From positions 1 through 14,535 of IMG/VR virus record IMGVR_UViG_2534681705_000018: a stretch of 14,535 bases of DNA. One strand, given 5' to 3'. Positions 6,988 through 14,535 of the stretch are shown here, piece by piece (the stretch's first letter is position 1; each line of letters begins with the position of its first letter). A model generated the notes under the pieces. That model saw nothing but the letters and a program-made list of their open reading frames with translations. It was not told the origin of the DNA and ran no database searches. A program made the translations under genes and the position numbers. This DNA comes from a virus. Taxonomy: Duplodnaviria; Heunggongvirae; Uroviricota; Caudoviricetes.

Positions 6988-7290
6988 TTATTCACACTAT
7001 TCCATTTTGATTGTGAACAGTCGTGAATAGTTAGTGAACAGTTTTTTAATAACTGTTCACTATGTTTTTTAGTTTAAAATCATATGGTTATTTTGTTTCA
7101 GTGAACAGTTGAACAGTTACCCCCTATAGAATTTAATTTGCAGTGAAAATGATTCACTGTTACAAGTTACAATGCGTTTTAAAAGTTTTAGCCGAAACTG
7201 TTCACGGCGTTCATTTCGTCGATGAATCCAGTAATGACGCAGCTTTTAGAGGTGAACACTACTGTTCACCACTGTTCACCACTGTTCACT
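6988..7290. repeat. replication-origin-like iteron region: about 10 direct and inverted TGTTCAC(C) copies, an AT-rich spacer, and a perfect tandem ACTGTTCACC x3
   Basis: Direct copies at 7054, 7199, 7263, 7273, 7283; inverted at 7013, 7034, 7101, 7252; palindrome TAGTGAACAGTT/AACTGTTCACTA (7032-7062). TGTTCACC is the P4 alpha-protein type I iteron as I recall; location just 3' of the primase gene. Confidence 0.65.
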
Positions 7291-9058
7291 TTTCATGGAT
7301 TTTTGGCACAGCGGGTAACCATTCATTAGCACTGTCAGCCAGCTCCATGTTGTAGCGCATTCCGACATTGGTCTTTGCCTTCTTATACTCAGCCCCATAT
7401 TCTTTCATCACTTTTGGGAAATCTTTGCCAAAATTAGTTAGATTTAATGGCTTATCGAAACCATAAGCATCCATATATGCAAGATATGCATGGTAAAGAT
7501 AAATTCGAGGGGCTCTTGGATATATATTCAGGTTTCCCATGAACATTCCTACAGCTTCACCAAGTTCGACAATATGGTTACAAAAAGCATATAGCGGATC
7601 AGTATGGCGTTTTACTTCCATTGCTTCTTCACCATCACGTTGCTCGAGCAGTAATGTTCTTGCTTTTTCGGGATCTGAAAAATTTACCAACAGCCTACGG
7701 ACTATTACCGGAATTTCCGCTGCAATTTTTTTGGGTAAACATGTGTCCTTGTTTTCTTCCGCTATCGGATTATTGAACTGAAAAATAACCCTACGGCGTG
7801 AAATACCTCCCGCTCTTTCTGTAAAAACCATCGGTTTATTATTTGTTATCAAAACAACTGAGCGTAAGACAGTGGTGTATCTTTTTTCATATTTCGGGTT
7901 AATTTGCAGAGGATCCCCACCTGTTATAGCTTTAATACCATTACCTTCACCAAAATATTTAGGTTGGTCCGGTAAAATAATCAGACTTTTACCAACTAGT
8001 TGCTCACGTCCACCAGCATCATCTAACGCTTTCATATCACTGCCTGCGGTGTTCTGCTCACCCGCCAACATTCTGGCAATTTGAGTAAACATACTTTTAC
8101 CACTTCCACCTTCGCCAGTTGCTTCAATGAATAATTGCCAGTCGTAGCGATTAGCCAAAACCATAAACAGAGCAGCACATATCCGCTTCATCTTTGATGA
8201 ATCGTATCCTGCTGCATGTGACAGCCAACGATGAAAATGGGGCGCATGGTCATGAATATTTTCACCAGGCGCAGGTGGCGTATAATAAATTCCATTATGC
8301 GAAGTGATCCAGTGCTCTGGTGAATGAGGTAAAAATCTACCACTTGTTATGTCATAAACTCCATTTTCAAAAGGTATTATGGTGTCACTCTGTTCTCTCA
8401 TTACGGGTACAGATATTTTTAAAGCATCAACCGCATTACTAATTGCCCGCTTACTGAAATTTGTCTTGTTTTTTTCGTAAATTGATACCATTTTACGACT
8501 CAACTCCATATCAGATATTTTTTCCCACACTCCAGAACAGTATGCATAAGCAAAATTGTTACCAGGGTGAACAGCTATTTCCTCAAAGCATTCAGCCAAA
8601 AGTGAAGCTCGCTCGTTATCCGCCATTCTGGAAAGAGAGATTTTGTGTTTTTTCTCAGTCCTTCCTGACAGAATATCCCCGCGCTCTGCCTGTTCGCGGA
8701 TCCGTTGCAGGTAATCGCGCCAGTTCTCCGGTTCCCGGTCGGTGATGCCTTTGTATAATTTCGCCTCCTGTACGCCAGCCAGCGCCAGCTTTTCAGCGAT
8801 AGCATTGATCTGGATTGGTTCGATCTCCCCCGCGAGATAGACACGCGCAAAGCGGCGTTTCTCGTCAATAATGCGGATATTCGCCAGGTCTGCCAGTTGC
8901 TTTGGCCCCAGGTAAACAGGTGGTACGTTATCGCCGTGTTTTCGTCCTTCGCTTTCAATCCAGTGTTGAGCATGGGAGTAAGCGTCCGTCCCGGCAAAAA
9001 TGATTACCTCGGTGAATTTATCCTTCGGCTGATATTTTAAATTCGGTGCGTTTTTCAC
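7286..9058 (-). CDS. P4-family primase / D5-like SF3 helicase replication protein (590 aa)
   Basis: Walker A GEGGSGKS in mid-protein; overall organisation of phage/plasmid primase family; GTG start at 9058 overlaps upstream stop (GTGA). Confidence 0.8.
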   Translation of the reverse strand: MKNAPNLKYQPKDKFTEVIIFAGTDAYSHAQHWIESEGRKHGDNVPPVYLGPKQLADLANIRIIDEKRRFARVYLAGEIEPIQINAIAEKLALAGVQEAKLYKGITDREPENWRDYLQRIREQAERGDILSGRTEKKHKISLSRMADNERASLLAECFEEIAVHPGNNFAYAYCSGVWEKISDMELSRKMVSIYEKNKTNFSKRAISNAVDALKISVPVMREQSDTIIPFENGVYDITSGRFLPHSPEHWITSHNGIYYTPPAPGENIHDHAPHFHRWLSHAAGYDSSKMKRICAALFMVLANRYDWQLFIEATGEGGSGKSMFTQIARMLAGEQNTAGSDMKALDDAGGREQLVGKSLIILPDQPKYFGEGNGIKAITGGDPLQINPKYEKRYTTVLRSVVLITNNKPMVFTERAGGISRRRVIFQFNNPIAEENKDTCLPKKIAAEIPVIVRRLLVNFSDPEKARTLLLEQRDGEEAMEVKRHTDPLYAFCNHIVELGEAVGMFMGNLNIYPRAPRIYLYHAYLAYMDAYGFDKPLNLTNFGKDFPKVMKEYGAEYKKAKTNVGMRYNMELADSANEWLPAVPKIHEK

Positions 9059-9345
9059 TTCTTACCTCCCGCAACCAACATTGCCCGGATTTTTTTAATA
9101 TTCGTGGCTGCACGTCTCGCCACCGCCTGTTGTTTGTTTTCCACCAGAATAAAATCACGCTCAAACTGACGGCGCGGCATTACGCAGTCATATTCGTAAG
9201 CCTCACGGCGGTAGGTGATATTGCCTGGCGTAACGTGACGAATAACCACTCGTCCCCCACGTCTGGTGTCGCGGTAAATATCTCCGTGTCTGATTTCAGG
9301 CCGAGCGGGGCCGCTGGCAGTAAAGCCAGAATTTTTCTTTTTCAT
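9055..9345 (-). CDS. hypothetical 96-aa basic protein, coupled to the primase gene
   Basis: ATG 9345 with AGGAAA upstream; stop overlaps primase start. Confidence 0.5.
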   Translation of the reverse strand: MKKKNSGFTASGPARPEIRHGDIYRDTRRGGRVVIRHVTPGNITYRREAYEYDCVMPRRQFERDFILVENKQQAVARRAATNIKKIRAMLVAGGKK

Positions 9346-9349
9346 GGTT

Positions 9350-9550
9350 TTATTTTCCTGTCAGCAGTTCCGGTTTTATTTCCGCACGAATACAGAGTTC
9401 AGAAAAAAATTCAGGAGAACCAACAATCTCATTACTTTTCAGTCGGCATTGTGATTTCACTTTTCCTTTATCCAGGTAAACCAGTATGCGTCCGGTGAAA
9501 TCATCTGGCGCACTCAGGGTAATTGTCATTGTTGCTTGCTGATTATCCAT
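9350..9550 (-). CDS. small 66-aa protein with one copy of an FTGxxLVxxxxGxV motif; paralog of the gene at 9543-9908
   Basis: PDDFTGRILVYLDKGKV; start overlaps upstream stop by 8 nt. Confidence 0.5.
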   Translation of the reverse strand: MDNQQATMTITLSAPDDFTGRILVYLDKGKVKSQCRLKSNEIVGSPEFFSELCIRAEIKPELLTGK

Positions 9551-9908
9551 GATTCACCCCCTGAATAACCTGATAACCGCAACTGGTCAGCAATTCGATA
9601 AATTCCGGCAATGTGCCGAAACAGTAATCATCACGCAGACGTTCGCGGGATACTTCAACGCCGTTTTCGTAGTGACTCACCATGCGTCCGGTAAAATGCA
9701 GATCATCATCGTGATGGCACGTTAACGGCTTAATCAGTCGCGCACGTTCTGCCAGTTCCAGCAATGCTTCAACGCTTCCGGCAATTGCACCATCCGGCAG
9801 GTTGTAATTACGCACTATGCGCCCGTTCTCCACATGGACCAGTAGCTGCCCGGTAAATTTCTCGTCAAACTGAATGCGGTTAAGGTCGGTAAGTGACAGG
9901 TTAATCAT
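9543..9908 (-). CDS. 121-aa protein carrying two tandem copies of the same small domain
   Basis: FDEKFTGQLLVHVENGRIV and LHFTGRMVSHYENGVEV; ATG 9908 overlaps upstream stop. Confidence 0.55.
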   Translation of the reverse strand: MINLSLTDLNRIQFDEKFTGQLLVHVENGRIVRNYNLPDGAIAGSVEALLELAERARLIKPLTCHHDDDLHFTGRMVSHYENGVEVSRERLRDDYCFGTLPEFIELLTSCGYQVIQGVNHG

Positions 9909-10104
9909 GGCGTACCTCCTGACGAATACGGGCGGCGAATACCATCACGCAGCCATCAGGAGATTGCTGGCGTGCTTCCTGTTCGCTGGTGGCCTCGATG
10001 TGAATCACGCGCGGTTGTGCCGTGCTCAGAGCGATAAAACGCCAGATGTATTTATTCAGGTTGTGCGAGTCCCGCCCTTGCGGGTGTGTGGTATGATTTC
10101 TCAT
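9901..10104 (-). CDS. small 67-aa protein, first gene of the leftward operon; tentatively Icd/Kil-like
   Basis: ATG 10104 with GAGGT Shine-Dalgarno; IWRFIALSTAQ...VMVFAARIRQEV resembles my recollection of Icd-like proteins (unverified); in frame with the C-terminus of the 402-aa track ORF. Confidence 0.4.
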   Translation of the reverse strand: MRNHTTHPQGRDSHNLNKYIWRFIALSTAQPRVIHIEATSEQEARQQSPDGCVMVFAARIRQEVRHD

Positions 10105-10297
10105 AGCTACCTCGATAATCTTGCTATCGTTGGTGGTTAGAAGCTCTGCGAGTGGTAACGACACTTGCGGGGCTTTGCCTTTAAGGTGCAAGTCACCTTT
10201 GAGGGTTATGCTACTTTTAGGTGACTTGCACTTCAAGCCTTTTTTTATTTTTTTTTCTACGTATACTGAACGCCACCTAACAGTAAGGAGGCCAGTA
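10105..10297. promoter_or_regulatory. divergent promoter/operator region with 13-bp inverted repeat AGGTGCAAGTCACCT (10184-10198) / AGGTGACTTGCAC (10219-10231) and a T-rich tract (10241-10257)
   Basis: Read directly; lies between the leftward operon and a rightward gene with AAGGAGG Shine-Dalgarno; candidate -35/-10 (TTGAAG-N17-TAGCAT) on the minus strand overlaps the repeat. Confidence 0.55.
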
Positions 10298-10477
10298 ATG
10301 CCAACGGGTACAACCAACAACAAATCACAACAAAAAACGGCTAGAATCCCTCTAGAAGTTTTAAGCGAAATGAATTTGGTCAAAGAGGAAAACGAAACAG
10401 ACGCGCAGTTTATCGTTACAGCCATGCGTGGCGAGATCAAACGCCGCCAGCGCCGCAAGGCCAAAGAACAGGAGTAA
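10298..10477 (+). CDS. small 59-aa basic protein, possibly ribbon-helix-helix-like; candidate element repressor
   Basis: Near-consensus Shine-Dalgarno AAGGAGG 6 nt before ATG 10298; strand-helix-helix pattern (ARIPLEV / LSEMNLVKEEN / AQFIVTAMRGEIKRR); only clear plus-strand gene in the element. Confidence 0.5.
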   Translation: MPTGTTNNKSQQKTARIPLEVLSEMNLVKEENETDAQFIVTAMRGEIKRRQRRKAKEQE

Positions 10478-10534
10478 CCATCACCAGCGCCGTGGTGTGA
10501 GGAACTACGGTGCATCGTTTTACAGGGCAGCGCC

Positions 10535-10714
10535 ATGACCAACAAAGAATCAACCAAAACACCATCACCAACTCGTAAGAGACGACGCAAAAATATAGCG
10601 CATGAACATGAATCAGAAAGATTCGCACCTTGTTCGTTTGCTCTTGAGAAATTCCTTAAAGAGCACAGGAAAAAGCTCTCGTTGCAAACCTTGGAACGAA
10701 CCAAATCTGACTGA
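10535..10714 (+). CDS. possible 59-aa Lys/Arg-rich ORF downstream of the RHH-like gene
   Basis: ATG 10535, weak Shine-Dalgarno; followed by a plus-strand terminator; not in ORF track. Confidence 0.3.
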   Translation: MTNKESTKTPSPTRKRRRKNIAHEHESERFAPCSFALEKFLKEHRKKLSLQTLERTKSD

Positions 10715-11109
10715 TCACATTGCCCACCAGCCGCAAATGTGGCATTGTTGGTGATGCGTTCAAGTATGTAGCTTTTCCACTGGCGGCTCTCTGCGGTCGC
10801 CTTTGTTTTATCCAGAACGAAATCAGACATCAGATTGATCAGCACCTGGCGACCTGACAAAATCGCATCAGTCGCGCCACCAGCAAAATTTTTTGCTTTC
10901 CGGACAGCGTGGCCAACGATATTTTGCAGCAAAATATTCTGCATTTCTGGCGTGCTGTGGCGACGGTGATCAGCGCCTTCACATTGAACGAACTTGTCGC
11001 TAAAATTCACCCACATAGCAAACATCGCGGTGCTGTAGGTAATTCGTTCACAAAGGCGCTCCGGCAACGGGGCGCTTTCTCTTTTTGTAACGGTCAGAGC
11101 GTTACACAT
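10715..11109 (-). CDS. N-terminal part of the 402-aa track ORF (9901..11109); plausible gene of unknown function whose true 3' end is unresolved
   Basis: ATG 11109 overlaps the AntA stop (ATGTGTAA); first ~130 residues protein-like, but the middle of the 402-aa frame looks non-coding and is antisense to the plus-strand module. Confidence 0.3.
10782..10809 (+). terminator. candidate Rho-independent terminator for the rightward transcript
   Basis: GGCGGC-tctctgc-GGTCGCC stem-loop followed by TTTGTTTT. Confidence 0.4.
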
Positions 11110-11950
11110 GGCTGTTTTCCTCCATGCGACGGGCTAACCAACGCTGCGAAAGACGAATTAATTCAGCCTTCCGCTGGTGGTAGTCCTGGCCTAACTCAAT
11201 CAGCGTGATATTGCTCTGCTCAAGGTAAGAAAGGTGCTCAAGCTGCAACGTGCTCATGTGGTCGCGTGGTTCGCCTGTAATGCCGTTCGCCAGTGCCCAC
11301 TGTTTTGCAGTCATGCCACCCAGCACGATACGCGCCAGCATGTTCGCTTCCGTGGTGTAGTGGTGCTGGAGTGTGTTTTTACCCAGTTCAGCCCGGTACG
11401 CCTCCAGCGCGGCACACATTGGCTTAAAGTAGCTGGCAACTGTGATACGGGCTTTCAGTTCCCGGCGTAACGCTGCGGAACGCACTGGCGCTACCTTGTG
11501 TAGCTCCTCCTCGCATTTGATAAAGTACTGGCGAACGGCGCGGCCCTGTTCGGTACGTTCGACCATCGCCAGTTCTTTCGCCATGTTCGTGGAGATCAAA
11601 TAGTCTTCACTGCGACGATCACCGCCGCGCTTTGTTGTCCAATCAAAATCAAACTGTTCAATATTTACACTTTGGTTCCCCCGTTTCGGGGAATCAAAGT
11701 ACAAATTTTCTACAACTTCAAAATCCACGCCATTTTTAAATCCGTACTCATCAATACGTCCTTTAATCCAGGTAGTGAAATCACGGCCTACCCCGAGCGC
11801 CTTATGCAACGCTCTGGCGCTAACAATATTGGTTTCACGCCCGCCAATAACGCCGGAAATAACCGGGATAATTTCGCCAAAATTTTGCAGATTCTGGTTT
11901 TCAGGCCGAACGAAGCCCTGCCCCTGTACGGGCGTTTTTCGCAGTTTCAT
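11102..11950 (-). CDS. phage antirepressor, AntA/AntB-type N-terminal domain (282 aa)
   Basis: IPVISGVIGGRETNIVSARALHKALGVGRDFTTWIKGRIDEYGF matches recalled AntA domain pattern; AGGAG Shine-Dalgarno before ATG 11950. Confidence 0.7.
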   Translation of the reverse strand: MKLRKTPVQGQGFVRPENQNLQNFGEIIPVISGVIGGRETNIVSARALHKALGVGRDFTTWIKGRIDEYGFKNGVDFEVVENLYFDSPKRGNQSVNIEQFDFDWTTKRGGDRRSEDYLISTNMAKELAMVERTEQGRAVRQYFIKCEEELHKVAPVRSAALRRELKARITVASYFKPMCAALEAYRAELGKNTLQHHYTTEANMLARIVLGGMTAKQWALANGITGEPRDHMSTLQLEHLSYLEQSNITLIELGQDYHQRKAELIRLSQRWLARRMEENSHV

Positions 11951-12028
11951 AAAAACTCCTGCTATCGAATTAAGTTACTTTTATTTGCTGGTGGATAGCT
12001 GGGGGCTTCTGGCCCCGTAGCCATTTAA

Positions 12029-12226
12029 TCAGGTAGCTGTTCCGCGTGATTCAGCAATACGCTGATTAATCCACTCGTCAATTTCACTCTCAACGAAAGC
12101 AATCGCTCGCGAGCCAATTTTAACTGATGCAGGAAATTTACCTTGCCCCATAAGGCGATAAATCCATGCCTTGCTATATCCAGTTCTACGCTGAACTTCC
12201 GTTAAACGAATAAGCGTATTTGACAT
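12029..12226 (-). CDS. alpA: AlpA/Vis-family phage transcriptional regulator or excisionase-like HTH protein (65 aa)
   Basis: IRLTEVQRRTGYSKAWIYRLMGQGKFPASVKIGSRAIAFVESEIDEWI is the typical AlpA-family winged HTH; GAGGT Shine-Dalgarno; family-level assignment only. Confidence 0.8.
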   Translation of the reverse strand: MSNTLIRLTEVQRRTGYSKAWIYRLMGQGKFPASVKIGSRAIAFVESEIDEWINQRIAESRGTAT

Positions 12227-12294
12227 ATATTTACCTCATAACGTCTACTCAATTTGACGAGGTAATCATGGCACAGAAATAACGAATATTTTCA

Positions 12295-12444
12295 TACCCT
12301 CAGGCCTAATGGTAATCGGGAATATTTTTACCCTAAGGGTAATAGTAAAATTGATGGGAAAGCATACAAAAATACCCTAAGGGTGAGGTCTGATTACCCT
12401 TAGGGTGAGACGCGAACAAAACATGAGATACCACTAGGGTAAGG
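12295..12444. promoter_or_regulatory. array of five copies of palindromic motif TACCCT(A/T)AGGGT(A/G) immediately upstream of alpA
   Basis: Copies at 12295 (degenerate), 12328-12343, 12373-12385, 12394-12410, 12429-12444; each an inverted repeat TTACCC-N3-GGGTAA. Confidence 0.7.
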
Positions 12445-12446
12445 CT

Positions 12447-13193
12447 TCATCGTTTGATAGGACAGGCGACAAGCTCAATAGATGCGGCCTGTCGGGAGGT
12501 AAAACCTCGTTTTTCAAGCTCAGTAGTAATCGCGCCCTGGTTTCCCCTGGTGGCGCGCTCATTTTCCGGATCGTAATTGGCCCACTCTCTGTTTCTAATC
12601 TCGATAGCCAGATACAATGGGTCATCATCTCTGTATTTATTTAATAGAATTGGACGTTCGCTTTCGAGTTTGCGGATTTGCTCTTTAAGTGAAGAAATTT
12701 CCGCAAGTAACACTTCAATATTCTGTTCATCATCCAGAAACTCATTATCAACCACATCAGAAGTTGGTAGAGTTATTTCACTTAATGGTAAAAATAAATC
12801 AATGCCTATTTTCTCTGCAAATTCTTTAAGTTCTGCACGACGAAACCCATGCTTATCAAAAAGGCTTGCCGACCATCTTACATCACAATTTTGAAAAGGT
12901 GCGAATAATGCTATAGGCACACTATTTCTTTCACGAATAACTTCCAGGAGGTCTGTTAAAGTAGGGGCACTATTATATTGATTGGAAAGATCGACATATG
13001 TTGATTCAATAGTACCGGCAATACCTTGCTTAACCCATTCAGGAAGTTCAATCGCACATTCTTTCAAGTAAAGAAAATCTGCAATCTGTGAATAACTAAC
13101 ATGCGGTTGATGTAATTGAATACGAGTTATCAACTCCCTCAGGCTAATAAACTCCCACTCCCTTGCTTTAAGCACTTCGGCAATATCAATCAT
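12447..13193 (-). CDS. hypothetical 248-aa protein between integrase and alpA, coiled-coil near C-terminus
   Basis: Track ORF 12447..13274 opens on GTG; ATG 13193 has GAGGTG Shine-Dalgarno 7 nt upstream; no motif recognised. Confidence 0.55.
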   Translation of the reverse strand: MIDIAEVLKAREWEFISLRELITRIQLHQPHVSYSQIADFLYLKECAIELPEWVKQGIAGTIESTYVDLSNQYNSAPTLTDLLEVIRERNSVPIALFAPFQNCDVRWSASLFDKHGFRRAELKEFAEKIGIDLFLPLSEITLPTSDVVDNEFLDDEQNIEVLLAEISSLKEQIRKLESERPILLNKYRDDDPLYLAIEIRNREWANYDPENERATRGNQGAITTELEKRGFTSRQAASIELVACPIKR

Positions 13194-13320
13194 ACGCACA
13201 CCTCGGCGTCCTCTGTAGTGGTGGCTGTGCCAGCCCGCAGAGGTGTACGGGTTTTCAGGAGCGACCCTAGACACAGCCTTTTCTTAATCGCTCAAAGTCT
13301 ACTACTGTATACTCAACCAG

Positions 13321-14535
13321 TCACCCGCATTTTCCGAACTCACCATGCACCACATTTCCGCCATGCTCGAGCGAATCCATATAGTCGGCATACCACTGGA
13401 GCATCTCCCGGCGACCATCCAGATATTGCGCATGGTTGTATGTGCCACGAATTGAGTTTTTATCGACGTGTGCGAGCTGTGTCTCTATCCACGCGGTGTT
13501 ATAGCCCTGCTCATGCAAAATGGTGCTCATGGTGTGCCGGAATCCATGACCAGTAACGCGCCCGGCATAGCCGATACGACGAATGAGCACATTCATCGCC
13601 ATTTCACTCATTGGCTTACTGTGGTGAATACGACCGGGGAAAATAAACTGATACTGGCCTGTCATGTTTTTTAACTGCTCCAGTATTTTTATCGCCTGTT
13701 CTGGTAATGGCACACAATGCGGACGGCGCATCTTCATTCGTTCTTTAGGCACTTCCCACAAACGATTATCAAAATCGATCTCCAGCCATTCTGCCTGCCG
13801 TAATTCCCCGGGTCTGACACCTGTCAGAATTAATAGCCGCATTGCCAGTTTGACGATCTGGCTTCCGGTGTACGTATTAAAAACGCGGAAAAATTCCGGC
13901 AGTTCGTCGGCTTTCAAATAGGCGTAATGCTCTTTTTTATGTGGAGCAAATGCGCTCACCAGGTCAGGGGCTGGATTATATTCGGCGCGTCCGGTGATGA
14001 TTGCGTACCGGAACACCTCGCCGCATCGCTGGCGAACCTTACGCAATTTTTCAGTCGCACCACGGTCATTAAGACGGGAAAGAACCGCCAGCAATTCCAT
14101 CGGCTTAATTTCTGCGATCGGCCTACCGCCAATGTACGGAAAAACATCTTTTTCAAACGTCTCGATCATTTCCTCGGCGTATGACGATGACCACCTGTCG
14201 ATCCGCTTTTCGTACCATTCGCGAGCAATACCCTCAAAAGTATTGCCAAATTTGCTCGCCTGTTCTCGCTTTTGGGCTTTTCTGGCCTCACTTGGATTTA
14301 TACCACCAGCAAGAAGCCTTTTAGCCTCATCCCTTGCCGCCCTGGCATCAGACAGAGACACATCAGGGTATACCCCCAACGACAACATTTTGGGCTTTCC
14401 TGCAAACCTGTAGCGCAGTCGCCACCCTTTCGAACCGTTCGGCTCAATGAGCAACGAAAGCCCGTTACCGTCATTGAGTGTATAAGCCTTTTCTTTCGGC
14501 TTCGCGCGCCTGATGGCAAGGTCTGAAAGCAGCAT
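13321..14535 (-). CDS. int: P4-type tyrosine integrase (site-specific recombinase), 404 aa, start at or just beyond the right edge
   Basis: N-terminal arm-binding-like region (LSDLAIRRAKPKEKAYTLNDGNGLSLLIEPNGSKGWRLRYRF); C-terminal catalytic boxes HGFRHT and RGTYNHAQY (tyrosine nucleophile). Confidence 0.9.
   Translation of the reverse strand: MLLSDLAIRRAKPKEKAYTLNDGNGLSLLIEPNGSKGWRLRYRFAGKPKMLSLGVYPDVSLSDARAARDEAKRLLAGGINPSEARKAQKREQASKFGNTFEGIAREWYEKRIDRWSSSYAEEMIETFEKDVFPYIGGRPIAEIKPMELLAVLSRLNDRGATEKLRKVRQRCGEVFRYAIITGRAEYNPAPDLVSAFAPHKKEHYAYLKADELPEFFRVFNTYTGSQIVKLAMRLLILTGVRPGELRQAEWLEIDFDNRLWEVPKERMKMRRPHCVPLPEQAIKILEQLKNMTGQYQFIFPGRIHHSKPMSEMAMNVLIRRIGYAGRVTGHGFRHTMSTILHEQGYNTAWIETQLAHVDKNSIRGTYNHAQYLDGRREMLQWYADYMDSLEHGGNVVHGEFGKCG

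Larger units (their letters stand above)
2790..14535 (-). mobile_element. integrative phage-satellite-like element (P4-like / PICI-like), int-proximal end at right edge, distal end provisionally near 2790-3030
   Basis: Gene order int - alpA - antirepressor - primase plus iteron ori - packaging-like HTH gene, all co-oriented; composition shift by eye near 2800; no att repeat could be verified in the window. Confidence 0.6.

Noticed and set aside
7539-8997. Multiple ORFs of 70-140 aa inside or antisense to the primase gene
   Set aside because: Shadow ORFs within a long gene that carries the Walker A motif; no independent start signals.
10909-11208. 99-aa plus-strand ORF
   Set aside because: Overlaps the 3' end of the AntA gene on the opposite strand and has no start signals; likely antisense shadow.
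1-14535. Canonical P4 late genes (sid, delta, psu) and known defence-system hallmark domains
   Set aside because: I could not recognise any by eye, so the element is not called a canonical P4 and no specific known defence system is asserted.

Overview
Most of this window (about 2.8-14.5 kb) reads as one integrative, satellite-like mobile element (P4-like or PICI-like) of enterobacterial type, with nearly all genes on the minus strand. From the right edge inward: a P4-type tyrosine integrase, an unknown 248-aa protein, an AlpA-family regulator preceded by a palindromic operator array, an AntA-type antirepressor, a short divergent plus-strand module (small RHH-like protein and a basic ORF) with a 13-bp inverted-repeat operator, then a translationally coupled operon of small proteins ending in a P4-family primase/helicase followed by a TGTTCACC iteron origin. 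Further left is a ProQ/FinO-domain and PerC-family operon closed by tandem terminators, then a four-gene operon ending in a Nu1-like HTH protein next to an array of TTGACACTTTTTCG repeats. A densely structured non-coding stretch (about 2735-3030) probably marks the element's distal boundary. Left of it is AT-rich cargo encoding a secreted GH15 (glucoamylase-like) enzyme and two unknown ORFs. I found no tRNA, rRNA, CRISPR array or IS/transposase. No classical defence or toxin domains are recognisable by eye; the candidates for an undescribed system are the unknown gene next to the integrase, the divergent repressor-like module, the duplicated small-protein cluster, the ProQ/FinO-PerC operon and the repeat arrays. 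All calls rest on reading the sequence and recalled family motifs; no searches were run.
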